Part shown: piece by piece, positions 25,680-38,859 of the stretch | Layout of the letters: each line of letters opens with the position of its first letter | How positions within the stretch are numbered: position 1 is the stretch's first letter | The notes under the pieces: generated by a model | Told to the model about the DNA's origin: nothing | Database searches by the model: none | What the model saw: only the letters and a program-made list of their open reading frames with translations | NCBI RefSeq assembly: GCF_006345805.1 | Contig: NC_043002.1 | Location: forward strand, 46,934,001 to 46,998,000 | DNA: 64,000 nt | Direction: 5' to 3' | DNA from: Octopus sinensis | Taxonomy: Eukaryota | Position numbers and translations under genes: made by a program

Positions 25680-27160
25680 AATGCTTTGTGGTATTTGGTC
25701 TTTAAAATATATGTTACTGCAGTGTTAATATTAGTGATTGTAGTGTTGAATTCTGAAAAAAAAATTTCTTCATTGAGGTGCAAGAGTGTTGAAATGATAA
25801 CTGGTAGGTGGTCAGCGGGGAGTTTGGGAATTGTTTGCCAAACGTTTCTAGTAGTTAGGTGTGGGGAGTAGAAGGTTATGTCTGTGAGTTGTTGTAGTTG
25901 GCTAGGAAATGTAAAGTGATGATGACAATGATGTGTGTGTGTGCTAGTGTATATGCATATGTATGTGTGTTAATGTATGTGCATATACATACATGTATAA
26001 GCATATAAACACACATGCATGTGTGTGTGTGTGTGTGTCCTACACAAGATTTAAGAGTAACTTCTCCACCATGTTGTCTGTATTCAGTTACCAATCACTT
26101 TACAAGAGTGTATTGGAGACGTGTTTTGTCATGATTGGGTGGGGATAGAATGATGAGAGAGGTAGCAGTACATGTGAAAGAGGGTAAAGATCTGAAGGAG
26201 AGCAATAAAGCTAGGTTATAAGGTGACAGTAAGAGAGAGTAAGTGATAAAAAACAAGGAGAAGGGTGACGGTAAGAGAGAGTAATGATTAGGAAAAGAGA
26301 CATAGCTGGAAGAGGGTTGATGGTTGAGGGTATTGAATATAGAAAAGAAGTCACATGATACAAGATGATGGCAGGAGGGTTTAATAAGGCTAAATGTAAT
26401 ACCATCTTTCATTATACAAGTGGCATCGTACATCATCATAGGTTTATTGTTCACCATTCCAGACTTGCATGGGTCACATGGAATTCATTGAGACAGATTT
26501 TCTATGCTGGTGGATTTCCTATCACTAACCTTCATTTATGACCAGACAAACTAATATTTCTCTCCTGGCTGGACATACTTTCATGGAAGACTGGAAATGA
26601 GAAACTCCACTGGTATAATGATGGCATTCATTTAAAACCTTCCTGTGATGTTAAATCAAGGAGAGAAACAAGAACACACACACATGATGGCTTCTTTCAG
26701 TTTCCATCTACCATTTCACTCTCAAGGCTTTGGGGGTGAGTATTTGTGATGAAGGTAATGGAAGGCGGTGGAGCAGTAAATGCAGACTTAACATTAACAT
26801 TATTGGCAAGAGACCCAGATATTCTACATCCCACCAACCACCACTATTACAACATATATTTTGTCAGTTTCAGTGGATATTCTTTTACTCTTTTACTTGT
26901 TTCAGTCATTTGACTGTGGCCATGCTGGAGCACCGCCTTTAAAATATATGAAAAGATAAAAGCAAATTCGACCTCGGTGGAATTTGAACTCAGAACGTAA
27001 AGACAGATGAAGTACCGCTAAGCAGATCGCCACCTTATGTTACGAGCTCACCAGGATAGGTAGGTCTTTTCTAGCATAGCATGTTCTAACTCATTGCAAT
27101 ACTTTGTCATCTCCTTAGTGAAGTTCAGCTTCTTAAGATCAGTCTTCACCACTTTGACCC

Positions 27161-27548
27161 ATCATCATCATCATCATCGTTTAGCGTCCGCTTTCCATGC
27201 TAGCATGGTTTATACGGTTCAACTGGGGTCTGTGAAGCCAGAAGGCTGCATCAGGCCCAGTCTGATCTGGCAGTGTTTCTACGGCTGGATGCCCTTCCTA
27301 ACGCCAACCACTCCGTGACTGTAGTGGGTGCTTTTTATGTGCCACCCGCACAGGTGCCAGACGGAGCTGGCAAACGGCCATGGATGGTCGGATTGGTGTT
27401 TTTACGTGCCACCGGCACAGGGGCCAGGCGAGGCTGGCAACGGCCACAAACGGATGGTGCTTTTTACGTGCCACCGGCACGGGGGCCAGGCGAGACTGGC
27501 AACGGCCACGAATGGATGGTGCTTTTTACGTGCCACTGGCACGGAGGC
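27161..27548 (-). mobile_element. Family D copy with about 4 VNTR units, CpG-retaining (young)
   Basis: (cat)n cgtttagcgtccgc...ggatgcccttcctaacgccaacc followed by tandem gccaccggcacgggggccaggcgaggctggcaacggccac units. Confidence 0.85.
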
Positions 27549-27569
27549 CATATCTTCAAAAAATTCTAT

Positions 27570-28800
27570 TCAGTTTGAATACTTCTTCATACAACTGTCA
27601 TCCATAAGTATTACATACCCATATCGATGCAGTCCTTTCTTGTACACTACACCTGATTCCTTTGCATCCAGCTTTGCTATCAATTCATTCATGCTCAATT
27701 GCTCAGGCATACCAACATTTTACTTCCAACAGAGCATGTTTGTTTCATTTCTTTGCAAATCTTCTGCATTCAAGGCATGTGACTTACTACCACTTAAGCC
27801 TAATAAAATCAATCCTTCAAGAGATAAACCTTTTGTTCCTAGTAGAGGTAATAGCTACTTGAACCTTTCTCAGACTTCTATGCTTTTGGAACACTCATAT
27901 CCACTGTTAGGTAACATCTAAATAACAAAAACTATCACCTACTTCTTACATCTGTACTCTTAAAGTTAACTACTCCTGTGCATCTTTCACATACACAGTC
28001 TATTTTCTCTGTTAACCTGCCTGTTAACCCACTGCACCTCATGTGCATTCATAGTTTACACAGAATATACATTGTAAAATTTTTACCTACAACTTTTCTA
28101 CACATCAAGCATGGTCTTTTCCTTGATGGTAACCTCTTTCCCACCTACAACAACTTTAGTTTTTGTTATGTTTACTTTCAGGCCTTTCAATTCTCAGGTT
28201 TGCTTTCGTATTTGGACTTAACATAAATATTCTACAAATTCAGCTTTAAGAACTAGGTAATCATCATAAAAGTGGTCCTATAGATAGCCTGTCTTAAACT
28301 CATCTGTTACAGCTTGGGGAATTTATAAACGGGAATGAGACTGAGAACTTGCCTGAGGGTCCTTTAAATGTGCTTTAAATCTTTTGCTGAAATCATTGTT
28401 GAAATCATTGTTAACTCTGAACAAGACAATTTGACTTAAGCTCTGTACAAGGTTTGCACAGCTCTTACAAGCTATCCATCTTTAACTAGTTCCCTTTGTA
28501 ACCGCCAAATTATAGTGTGGAACTCTATCAAAGGCTTTTTCCAGGTTGATGAATGCAAGTACAGAAGTCTGTTTTAGCTAAATCCAAGTCCTGAAGTTGT
28601 CTCACTAAGAAAATGGCATCAGTTGTACATCTTCATCACACAAAGCTGAACTATGTATCATCTAAGTTAATTCTCTTCCTAATAAGTTGCTCTTTAACAG
28701 TTTCAGTAACTTGGTTTATCAATTCAATGCCTCTAGTTGCTTCTCCCTCTAGTATATTTCTTTTATCCTGATAGCAGTTAATGATAATTCAGTGATTCAA
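27570..28800 (-). mobile_element. RTE-clade LINE reverse transcriptase fragment, decayed
   Basis: TDAIFLVRQLQ, LAFINLEKAFDRVP (28518-28559) and AVTDEFKTG...YDDYLV motifs in broken frames. Confidence 0.8.
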
Positions 28801-28936
28801 CAAAGCTAATGCTTGTCCTCTCCACTCTCTCTCTCTCTCAATCCAACCTCCTTATTTCTGTTTATCCACTTAACCTATTCATCAAAATATGTCTTTATAT
28901 ACCACACGTATTTTGAAACCATGTTGCTCTACTTAC

Positions 28937-29036
28937 AAGATGAACCAAAAGACAGACATAAGGATTGGAAAATCAAAAGTCTCACAGTCCGATGGAGACA
29001 AATAAGATGAAACTTTGAAGTCACTGTCAACCTTTT
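28937..29036 (-). other. Candidate internal exon of the putative minus-strand gene
   Basis: Strong donor tt|gtaagta, weak aag acceptor; one frame is open (KVDSDFKVSSYLSPSDCETFDFPILMSVFWFI). Confidence 0.15.
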
Positions 29037-29379
29037 CTTTGTAAAAATAATATGTATGTGCATGTGATATATGACACACACATACCATCATTACTCCTTC
29101 CATGCTGGCGTGAGCTGGATAGTTTGACAGGCAAATTAGAAGACTGCACTAAGCTATACTATTTGGTATATTTCGACAGCTTGCTGCCCTTCCTAACACC
29201 AACCCAGGACTGTCTTAGCAACATATATGGAACAGGGAAAATACTCTTGGTCTGGTATTACCTTGCTTTATAAGAGTAATAAGCAAAAATATAAGAAACT
29301 ACCATTCCATGTTCCTCTTGTCTCACCTTTACAAGATTTTTACAATGTTCACAGTCACCAGACTACTGAAACATCTCAA

Positions 29380-30330
29380 TAATCAACAGCCAAAGAACGA
29401 AGCAAGTTTTCAGAACAACTACAGCATGATAGACCACATTCCTCTAACATAGCAAAGGGGTACCAGTTGCCTTGTAACATTACCTTATTGATTACAAAAA
29501 GCTTTCGATAGCATCAAGATCAACACAGAGCTGAAGTGTCTGAAGATGCAAACTTCATTAAATTTCTCAAGGAGGCAAACTCAGGATGTACCACTGATGT
29601 AGCTTTGTTATCACCTATAAGAGATCCAGTTGGGAAGGTCATCAAAGATGGGGATACTACCTCTCTCAATCTCTTCATAGCACTGGTTAACAGTGACAAT
29701 GACTGGAAAGACTGTATCAACAGTGAGTTACTAATACCTCCAATTAAGAGACATTGTGCTCATCACAGAAACTTCAGATCAGCTGTAGACCATCTTAACA
29801 GAAGTGGAAACCCAGAGTTCGGTAGTAGGCCTCAAAATATGTTGTGTGAAAACAAAACACATATAGTCCAAAGATGGAGAGCCTCAATTAAAGACAAGCT
29901 CAAAGCACAACTGAATAAAACCTTACATGCCTATCTCTACAAATGACTGTTCTGTCTGCATTTAAGTAAAAATGGGCTACTATGAAGAATGAACAAAAAT
30001 AATTGGCTATGATACAGCTGATCATAAAAGACCTATTCTGAAGGTATCATTGTGGGAGCATATCCAAATGTAGTCTGAGAAGAAAGAGAGTGGAGTGAAT
30101 GATGTAAAAGCAGCATATTGAAAGTACATGTTCTGCTGTGCTGGACATATCATAAGGCTCAGAGTCAATAGAGGGACCAATGTAGTTGTTGAGTAGTATC
30201 CAAGAGATCAAAAGAGACAACTCAAAAGACCTCCAAGACTATGAGAAAATGACATAGTCGAAAAACTCAGACCCAGATAGAAGACAAGGGCATTGTCAGA
30301 GGAGGTATAGAAAGGCATGATGAGTAAGGA
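29380..30330 (+). mobile_element. RTE-clade LINE RT and C-terminal fragment, decayed
   Basis: EASFQNNYSMIDHI, DY-KAFDSI (frameshifted), AGHIIR and YPRDQKRQLKRPPR motifs. Confidence 0.7.
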
Positions 30331-30369
30331 CATCTGATAGCCTGGTTGACATAACTGTGTGAATGTATC

Positions 30370-31240
30370 AATTCTTACATGTTATTAATAGTTTGCATGT
30401 TTAGACATTTATTCTATTATACACACACACACAAACATATATATACAAACATGTGCACACACATATACAAATTTACATCACTTATATATACACATATAAA
30501 TATGTATATAATACATACATACATATATATATATATACCAGCATGGAAAGCAGATGTTAAACAATGATGATGATATTTTACACACATATACAGGTTTCTT
30601 TCAGTTTCCGTCTACCAAATCTACTCCCAGGGCTTTGGTTAGCCCAAGCCTATATATATATATATATATATATAGTTTTGGGCTAACCAAAGCCCTATAT
30701 AAATATATCTATCTATCTCTATATATATATATATAACAGGCTTCTTTCAGTTTCCGTCGACCAAATCCACTTACAGGGAATTGGTTAGTCCAAGACTATA
30801 TAGTAGAAGACACTTGCCCAAGGTGCCATGCAGTGGGACTGAATCCGGAACCATGTGGTTGGGAAGCAAGCTCTAACCACACACACACATATACACACAC
30901 GAAATTGCATATTTACATCATATATTACATATGCATTTCATATTACACACATATATATATCGTGCGTGTGTGTATGTTATATCGTATATTGATACTACTC
31001 AAAAAATGTTACACATATATAATACATATTACACATATATTATATATATTATACACACATATATAATATATATTACAGATATATTGTATCTTGTATACAT
31101 ACATATATATGATCCATTACACATATTTCGTATATATCAGGTATATCACACGCACAGATATACATTTATGATATATTACATCCTCATTCACAAGCACACA
31201 TACATATAAGCATGTGTGTATGTATCTTATATATATATAT
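30370..31240. repeat. TA/CA low-complexity tract containing two family A SINE heads (30590-30885, minus)
   Basis: Direct reading; cacttgcccaaggtgccatgcagtgggactgaatcc...aaccacaca. Confidence 0.8.
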
Positions 31241-31249
31241 AACAATTAA

Positions 31250-33000
31250 ACTGTTGGTGCTTCATGTCTTGTCATTGGCGCTGCACTCTTGCATTTCTCT
31301 GACACATCTGAACCGACCGGTCATCCACAGCGTATTTTCTGTTTAACCCATGGTATACCTGATTAATAAATCTCAATGGTAAAAGGCATTCCAGTTGTAT
31401 CTCGTTCGGAAATTAATGAGTACATGGTAATCAATGAATTCTTCCTTTTTAGACTTTCGTATTTTATTTGAAGATTTTGGTTGCTATTTCTAGCTTGTCG
31501 AGAGACAGTGCAGACTCCCCCTTGTTAGCTTACACTGTGTATTGCAGTTTGCCGGTGAAAGCAGCCGTAACACTGTAAAAATTAATGAATGATTTGGTGG
31601 TGTGCCGTGTTAAATTCAATTTCACCCGCGGTAAAAGTTGTCTTCAGATAATTGAAATTTCACCCAGGAACAAATTTATTTTTGATAAGTGAAAGCAAGA
31701 TTATGTACATATTAAGCATATATTATATACATGTGCTTGTGTATGCGCTCATATACACCCACCCATAGACGTTCATATAATCGTCTATAGAAATGAAAAT
31801 TACCATTTTTTTAATGCAAAGAAGTTTTATGGCATACATAAATATGTAATACATACATAGATTACATAATATAATATATACATAGACACAAACACAACAG
31901 CAGTGTGGTAATGTGCGAGAGAGAAAGAAAAAAGAAAGAGAAAGTGTGTGTGAGAGAGAGTGAAAGATTCGCTTACTTGTCCGTCGGTAATTACTGACCG
32001 CTTCTCCCTGACTTGTCTTTGTCGGTAAGGTTTCGTTTAAAAATTCACCCTCAATCTGTCAAACCACAGTGTTATATACTCTGATATATGAATTTGTACA
32101 GCAAAACAAAGACTGCCTATTTGATAAATAATAGTCTATATATACTTGTTAAAGGCAGAACAATTGCACATACACGCGCGCGAAGGTGTATACATATATA
32201 TTGCCTCTCTAACTCGCTTTCTCTTTCTCACTGTGCGAGTGTGTGTGTGTATGTCTCTCTCTTTCTCTCTCTCACACACACTTTCTGTCCCCCCTCTCTC
32301 TCAGATTCATTTATTCTCTCAACTTTCTTTACTCTGTTCCACTACTCGCATGCACTACATTCCAATTCCCGTCTTCTTTCTCCGCCAACCACTCCTTATA
32401 CATTCTTACGTATGTTAACAAAACACCTCCGATCTCCACTTCTTTCGTTTTGCTACCCTTTAATTGTTCCCTTATTGTTTTTTTTCTTTTCTTTTAATAT
32501 TATTATCGGCTTCTCTCCTTGCTCATTCTTCTTTTTGTTACATCAATAGTATTACAAATTTCTGAAAAATTGTATTTTGCTTATTGATTTTTCTTGTCTT
32601 TCGCTCTCACATTCTCATTCTCATTTTCCCGTTTATATTAGTACAAAGCATGAGTCATGCAACAGTTGCAGCGTCATTTTCGCTTTCCTATTCTCCAAGA
32701 TAGGGATAAAACCATGTGCTTCGTTTTTTTGTGCCTATGGATGGTAAATTCAAAATCGTTTCGCTTCACCAATCTAACAGGTGGTTTCTGACGACTTAAT
32801 CAGCTACCTCTTGAACATGTACCATTCGTAAACAAATGTAAATAAAACGACTATTTAATTATAAGTAAACAGATATGCACGTGTGTACACGCCTACACAC
32901 TAACACACACCCGTAAAGGCACAAAAATCAAGGCGAGAACTATACTGGAGTACCGGCTCGCACACACACACACGTTTACATTAGTGTGCCCCCACCAACT
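31250..33000. promoter_or_regulatory. CpG-retaining, largely unique region; probable promoter
   Basis: CpGs are visibly more frequent than in flanking unique DNA (six in 31965-32037; cacgcgcgcg at about 32172). CT-rich tract at 32200-32560, TGAGTCA at about 32651, CCAAT at about 32769. Confidence 0.4.
31977..32130 (-). other. Candidate non-coding first exon (5' end uncertain)
   Basis: Donor caa|GTAAGC at 31976 in CpG-rich context; no ATG in the exon. Confidence 0.35.
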
Positions 33001-33547
33001 TTATTTCCTCATAAATTTCAGAAAAATGGATATTTTTAAATGAAATTTTACATAAATATCTTTCAGATTGTGTTGATTCCGGTTATATCGGAAATATTAA
33101 TGAACTTTTAGAGTATTATTTATATTCTAACACAAATCGATAACAACAACCTCGGTACTAGACTAGTATCGGACAGATAAAAGGCAAAGTTGACCTTGCT
33201 GCTATTTGAACCCAGAGCTTAAAATCGGAATAAATACATAAATACCTCCAGACGTTTTGTCTGAAGGTCTCAAAATTTGCAGCCCCTATCTATCTTCTCG
33301 TTTTTTCTTGTGATTTTTCTTGTATTAGTGTCCAGATTTGCAAATTGAATAGACCATGTGCTCAGAGTCAAAACATTGCTTGGAGCCATAAGGCAGGTTA
33401 TGAAGATCCTACCTAGATCCGCGTCTCCAAAGCAAGAAATTACCAGTAGCTCCTATCTTTATACTGTGTCCGTTAAACGATATTCATCTCTCACTGGATG
33501 GAGTACTTTATTGTTGATCTTACCTTAATGTAACAGTAAACTATATA

Positions 33548-33761
33548 TATTCTGTTGTGTCTAGGGAGAGTCATTCTCTTTTAGTGCCTTATAATTTAAC
33601 ACACTCACCGGTAAAGTTTCCACTTATTTCTTTTATATTTTTCTAAAATTTTCGTTGCGCCTTGCAACTCTGCAACGAAAGTTTTAGAAAAAAAAAAAAA
33701 AGAAGAGTGTGTTAAATTATGAGGCACTAAAAGAGAATGACTCTCCCCAGACAACAGAATA
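33548..33761. repeat. Foldback of about 214 bp (Penelope-like inverted pLTR relic)
   Basis: tattctgttgtgtctagggagagtcattctcttttagtgccttataatttaacacactc pairs with 33704-33761; inner arm ttttctaaaattttcgttgc / gcaacgaaagttttagaaaa. Confidence 0.85.
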
Positions 33762-33816
33762 TGCTTCAACACACGAACTCACATAAAGAATCTTGCAAAC
33801 CAAATCTAAAAACGAA

Positions 33817-33883
<67 letters not shown>

Positions 33884-33919
33884 AATATATATATAAGTAC
33901 ATCAACATTAAAATAAAAA

Positions 33920-34592
33920 ATCAAATGGAAATTGTTGTGATACCTGTGCCGGTGGCACCATCTGAACGTGACCAATGCCAGCGCCGCCTTGACTGGCTTC
34001 TGTGCCAGCGGCGCATAAAAAACACCAACCGATTGTGGCCGTTTCCAGCCTCCCCTGGCCCCTGTGCCAGTGGCATGTAAAAAGCACCAACTACATTCAC
34101 AGAGTGGTTGGCGTTAGGAAGGGCATCAAGCTGTAGAAACACTGCCAGATCAGACTGGAGCTTGGTGCAGCATCCTGGCTTCCCAGACCCCAGTCAAACC
34201 GTCCAACCCATGCTAGCTTGGAAAACAGACGTTAAATGATGATGATGACAAATATATTTATATATATATATATATATATATTTATGTATACAAATATATA
34301 TATTGGCCGATGCCAGCACCGCCTCGTCTGGCTTCCGTGCCGGTGGCACATAAAATACACCAATCCGACCGTGGCCGTTGCCAGCCTCGCCTGGCACCTG
34401 TGCAGGTGGCACGTAAAAAGCACCCACTACACTCACGGAGTGGTTGGCGTTAGGAAGGGCATCCAGCTGTAGAAACACTGCCAGATAAGACTGGAGCCTG
34501 GTGCAGCCTCCTGGCTTCCCAGATCCCCGGTCGAACCGTCCAACCCATGCTAGCATGGAGAACGGACGTTAAACGATGATGATGATGATGAT
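33920..34592 (+). mobile_element. Two tandem family D copies (33920-34245 and 34300-34592)
   Basis: Each has about 2 VNTR units, the ggcgttaggaagggcatc block and a (GAT)n tail. Confidence 0.85.
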
Positions 34593-35199
34593 ATAAAACA
34601 ATGGATGTTAAATTATATATATATATATGCTAGCACCCTGGTGTTGCCATTGTGTTATGACCTACAGTCACATTGCATTATTTGTTCCTTTCTTATAGGC
34701 ATAATCGGCACATGAGCAAATAACTCTTGTTTACAGACATGTTTTGGGGTCATTTTCTGATAAATAATGCTGCAGTTTCCATTTACCAAATTCAGTCACA
34801 AGTCTGTGGTTAGTCTAGAGCTATAGTAGAAAACACTTGCCCAAGGTACCATGCAGGGGGACTGAACATAGAATCATGTGGTTGGGAAACAAAATTCTTA
34901 ACCACACAGTCACTCTTGCACCTGTGTGTGTGTTTGTATGTTTAAATTTGTTGTTAAATCGAGTATTGTATCCCACTATGTCTCAAAGTTCATCAAGCAG
35001 AGATCTATAAAATAAATGCTAGATTGAAATATGTACTGAGGTCTGTATGATCAATTAAATTTTTAAAGGTGATACTCCATCATATCCTTCTAGGTGGGTT
35101 ATAATGTATCTATCACAGGATCAGGAGAGGTTTCTTTTCTTGTCAATGCTGCTGTTATCCTCTAGCTTATAGCATATGAAACCATGTATGGCTCTTTGC

Positions 35200-36660
35200 T
35201 GGTATGATGTATGATTCTTCTTCAAAACTATCATGTATGTGCATTTATCTTGGCCAAACTCCATTCCTATGTCATGACTAGTTCTAATTGTCTCTTGATG
35301 TTGTTTGGTTACCAGAATATAACTTTAGGTCATCAACAAAATATATGAGGTTACATTCATTTAATTCTTTTCGGCATATCTTAGCATGTAGCCTTGGCAT
35401 TTTGTTAGCTGACATGGGATTCACTGCCAGTACAAACAACATTACAGATAAACTATCACCCTGAAATATACCTATTGATAACCTAATTCTGTTTGTAACA
35501 GTAGTTGTCAGTAATAACAGTGTAGACCAAGTTGTGGTCAGTCTTTCAATGGCATTCATGATAGTAGCTGGTACTTTGACAAAGTATAGTTCTATCATTC
35601 ATGTATGCGGAACAGAGTCAAATCCTTCTTGCAGTCTGGCCACATTGTTAAGAGATTATGGTGATGTTGCTTGGCTTAGAACAGTTTTGTTGATGAGAAG
35701 CTGTTCAGCACAACCCCAGACACCTTTCTTTCCTCCTGTCTGTTCATTAGTTATCACCTTATTTGTTTGGAAGTGCTCTTGGAGAAACATATTCAGGCAA
35801 CCTGTGTACAGTTTGTTCATAGCATTCAAGCATATTATGTGCCTATAGTTTTTGACTACATGAGTTTCTTTGTTCTTAGATATAAGAATAGTCTGTGCTA
35901 CAGTCAGCCAATCAGATATATCTAGCTCAGCCTCCATTGTTTTTTAAAATAAAGTCGTGAGAATTTTCCTGTACTTTTTGTACCAGTAGTCTATTTATTA
36001 TCAGGTCTCTCCCAGGTGATTTTCCATTCAGCTGTTTCATAATAACCAATCAGAGTATTTCATTGGTAATGTTATATATATTTTGGGAAAGGCATTTACA
36101 CAATACTCACTGTACTGTGTCATGATTGTGTTCTTTGTTTACATCTCAGATTCCCTGCCAGAATGACTCTAGGTTTTCCTGGGGAGGAGCATTTACTACC
36201 TTGATGGTATTGCCTTTCATACTGTGATATACAGCTTGTGGTTTTTAGGCAAACTTGCAGTTTATAATTTTTCAATCATGTAATTTTTTTACAGTAATGA
36301 AGTTTTTCCCTTGCTGATTGTAGATTATGCTTGAAGGGGATCAATTTGCTTGTGAGTGTTTCTTAGGGGCAATTCCCATATAATTTGGAGAATTTATCAT
36401 GCAGTCATAATTGATGATAGATGATGTATGAATTCACTTTTAGCTTTGCATTTGATGATAGTGTCCAACTATTCTGTCTTTTTCCTCGGTCTGTTGATGT
36501 AATTTTGGAGGGAGGTAATCTATTTTGGCCCAGTACTATTCTTTGGATTCATCTCTTTTATTCCCATAATGTTCTTTGCATTTATTCGAAGATCACTAGG
36601 CTTGTGTTAATGGCAAAAATTAAAGGGGATAGTAATAATTTTGTAGGAGAATGAATAGTC
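35200..36660 (-). mobile_element. R4/Dong-clade non-LTR retrotransposon RT region, decayed
   Basis: WLTVAQTILISK..KNYRHIICLNAMNKL, EQTGGKKGVWGCAEQLLINK, GIFQGDSLSVMLF, YFVDDLKLY, DIGMEFGQDKC. Confidence 0.85.
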
Positions 36661-37961
36661 CTCTAAGCATGTCTGTATTTAATGCCATGTATGTATGTAC
36701 ATATGTGTGTGTGTACTCTTGTCTAGACATCATGTGATGTGTGCAAAGGAGCATCATTGTTATACAAGCAAGGTTGTTTCTAGACTTACATGAAAACAAT
36801 GTCTGGCCAAAAGGAAATATACTTCATGCATGCATGGAAAAATGGATGTTAAATGACAATGACGATGATGAATTGTATGAGTTAGATCATAAGCATATAG
36901 CCATCCAAATTAAGAACCTTAACATAAGATTATCTAGGGACACATATGTATGTAATTTGCCCAAATGCAAAGACATAATTACTTAAAAATCATAAGCATA
37001 CATACAAGTGTAAGCACACACACACACACGTGCATATGTACACATACACATGCACAGTCAAACACACACACACACACACACACACATAATGACTTGTAAA
37101 ATCTTGATACATTCTGGCAGACTCAAACCTGAATAGGTTAATTGTTGTAGTGCTTAGTCACTGGCGAATAACTTCTCTACAATGAAGATGTATTCATAAT
37201 AAACTTGATTTATTCGTACAAAGGACTCTGGGACATCAGGTGTTTTGACATTGTTGTGTCTTTGCAGCCCAAAGCACCCACTGACCAGTTAATCTAGCAG
37301 GAGCCAACAGTTTTTTTCATAATTTCAATGAACAGACTGTTTGCTGAACTATCCTTATATCTTCCAACCAATAGTAATTATTATATGCACATTTTTTTCT
37401 TTAACTAACAATCAGCAACTAATTTTAAAAGTTTTTAAAGTAGACCATTTGTTTTTGCTAAGGGAAAAGTGTTACAGGAGAATGTTTAACATAATAAATA
37501 CTAATACAAAAGTACCTATGTATGTAATATAAGGGGTTGGAAGATTTTGTTCAACTGAGATTGTAGTTATCCCTGCCCTTCTTTAAATTTATACAAGCAA
37601 TGGAAATATCTTTAGTGTGGTCGGCTGACAGCAAGTTTTGGACAATATAAATAATGGAGATTAGAGAGATTTGGTCTCTTGTGAACACAATTAGCTATGT
37701 TTTTATTTATAAGCCACAAATATTTTATTTGCCTCATTCAAATTATTACATATCGTATTCTATTAGAAGAAAAGAAAAGTACATAAATATAGTCGGCAAC
37801 TTAGTGTTTGGCTATATTATAAATAGAATATTCAAAAAATTAGTTACTTGAATTCAAATATCCAAATTTTTTTCTCTTGGTTTTAGTTGCAGCTATACTA
37901 TATGTTGATATCTATTAGGTGATGGTTGGATGCATAACAGTCCATCCTATGTAATGTTTAA

Positions 37962-38173
37962 TGAGTACTCTCTTTTACTTGGTTCAGTCATTTGATTGCG
38001 GCCATGCTGGAGCACCGCCTTTAGTCGAGCAAATCGACCCCGGGGCTTATTCTTTGTAAGCCCAGTACTTATTCTATCGGTCACCTTTGCCGAACCGCTA
38101 AGTGACGGGGACGTAAACACACCAGCATCGGTTGTCAAGCAATGCTAGGACAAACACAGACACACAAACACAC

Positions 38174-38205
<32 letters not shown>
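37962..38205 (-). mobile_element. SINE family A, 3' part, young
   Basis: ttcagtcatttgattgcggccatgctggagcaccgcctttagtcgagc...gaaccgctaagtgacggggacgtaaacac. Confidence 0.85.
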
Positions 38206-38226
<21 letters not shown>

Positions 38227-38228
<2 letters not shown>

Positions 38229-38828
38229 TGGAAATTGCAGCTGAGTTACCAGTGCCGGTGGCACGTAAGAGAACCATCCGAATGTGGCCGTTGCCAGTGC
38301 CGCCCCTACTGGCCTCATGCCGGTGGCACATAAAAAGCACCATCCGTTTGTGGCCGTTGCCAGCGCTGCCCCGACTGGCCTCGTGCCTAAGGCACGTGAA
38401 AAGCACCATCTGTTTGTGGCCGTTGCCAGCCTCGCCTGGCCCCCGTGCCGGTGGCACGTAAAAAGCACCATCCGTTCGTGGCCGTTGCCAGCGCCGCCCC
38501 GACTGGCCTCGTGCCTAAGGCACGTAAAAAGCACCATCCGTTCGTGGCCGTTGCCAGCTTCGCCTGGCCCCCGTGCCGGTGGCACATAAAAAGCACCATC
38601 CGATCGTGGCCGTTTGCCAGACTCGTCTGGCACCTGTGCAGGTGGCACGTAAAAAGCACCCACTACACTCATGGAGTGGTTGGCGTTAGGAAGGGCATCC
38701 AGCCGTAGAAACATTGCCAGATCAAACTGGGCCTGGTGCAGCCTTCTGGCTTCCCAGACCCCAGTTGAACCGTCCAACCCATGCTAGCATGGAAAGCGGA
38801 CGCTAAACGATGATGATGATGATGATGA
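38227..38828 (+). mobile_element. Family D copy with about 7 VNTR units
   Basis: Units of 62 and 66 bp, then the constant body and a (GAT)n tail. Confidence 0.9.
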
Positions 38829-38859
38829 CAGTGAACAGCAAGATTCAAAATGATGATTT

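Noticed and set aside
29536-29946. 136-aa ORF as a host gene
   Set aside because: It is an out-of-frame reading of a frameshifted RTE reverse transcriptase relic.
38281-38660. CRISPR-like repeat array
   Set aside because: The units are contiguous 62-66-bp tandem repeats without unique spacers, there are no cas genes, and the context is eukaryotic.
38098-38777. Many overlapping 77-210 aa ORFs with repeated ATAT/WPLPA peptides
   Set aside because: They arise from the GC-rich VNTR of family D and run into microsatellites.
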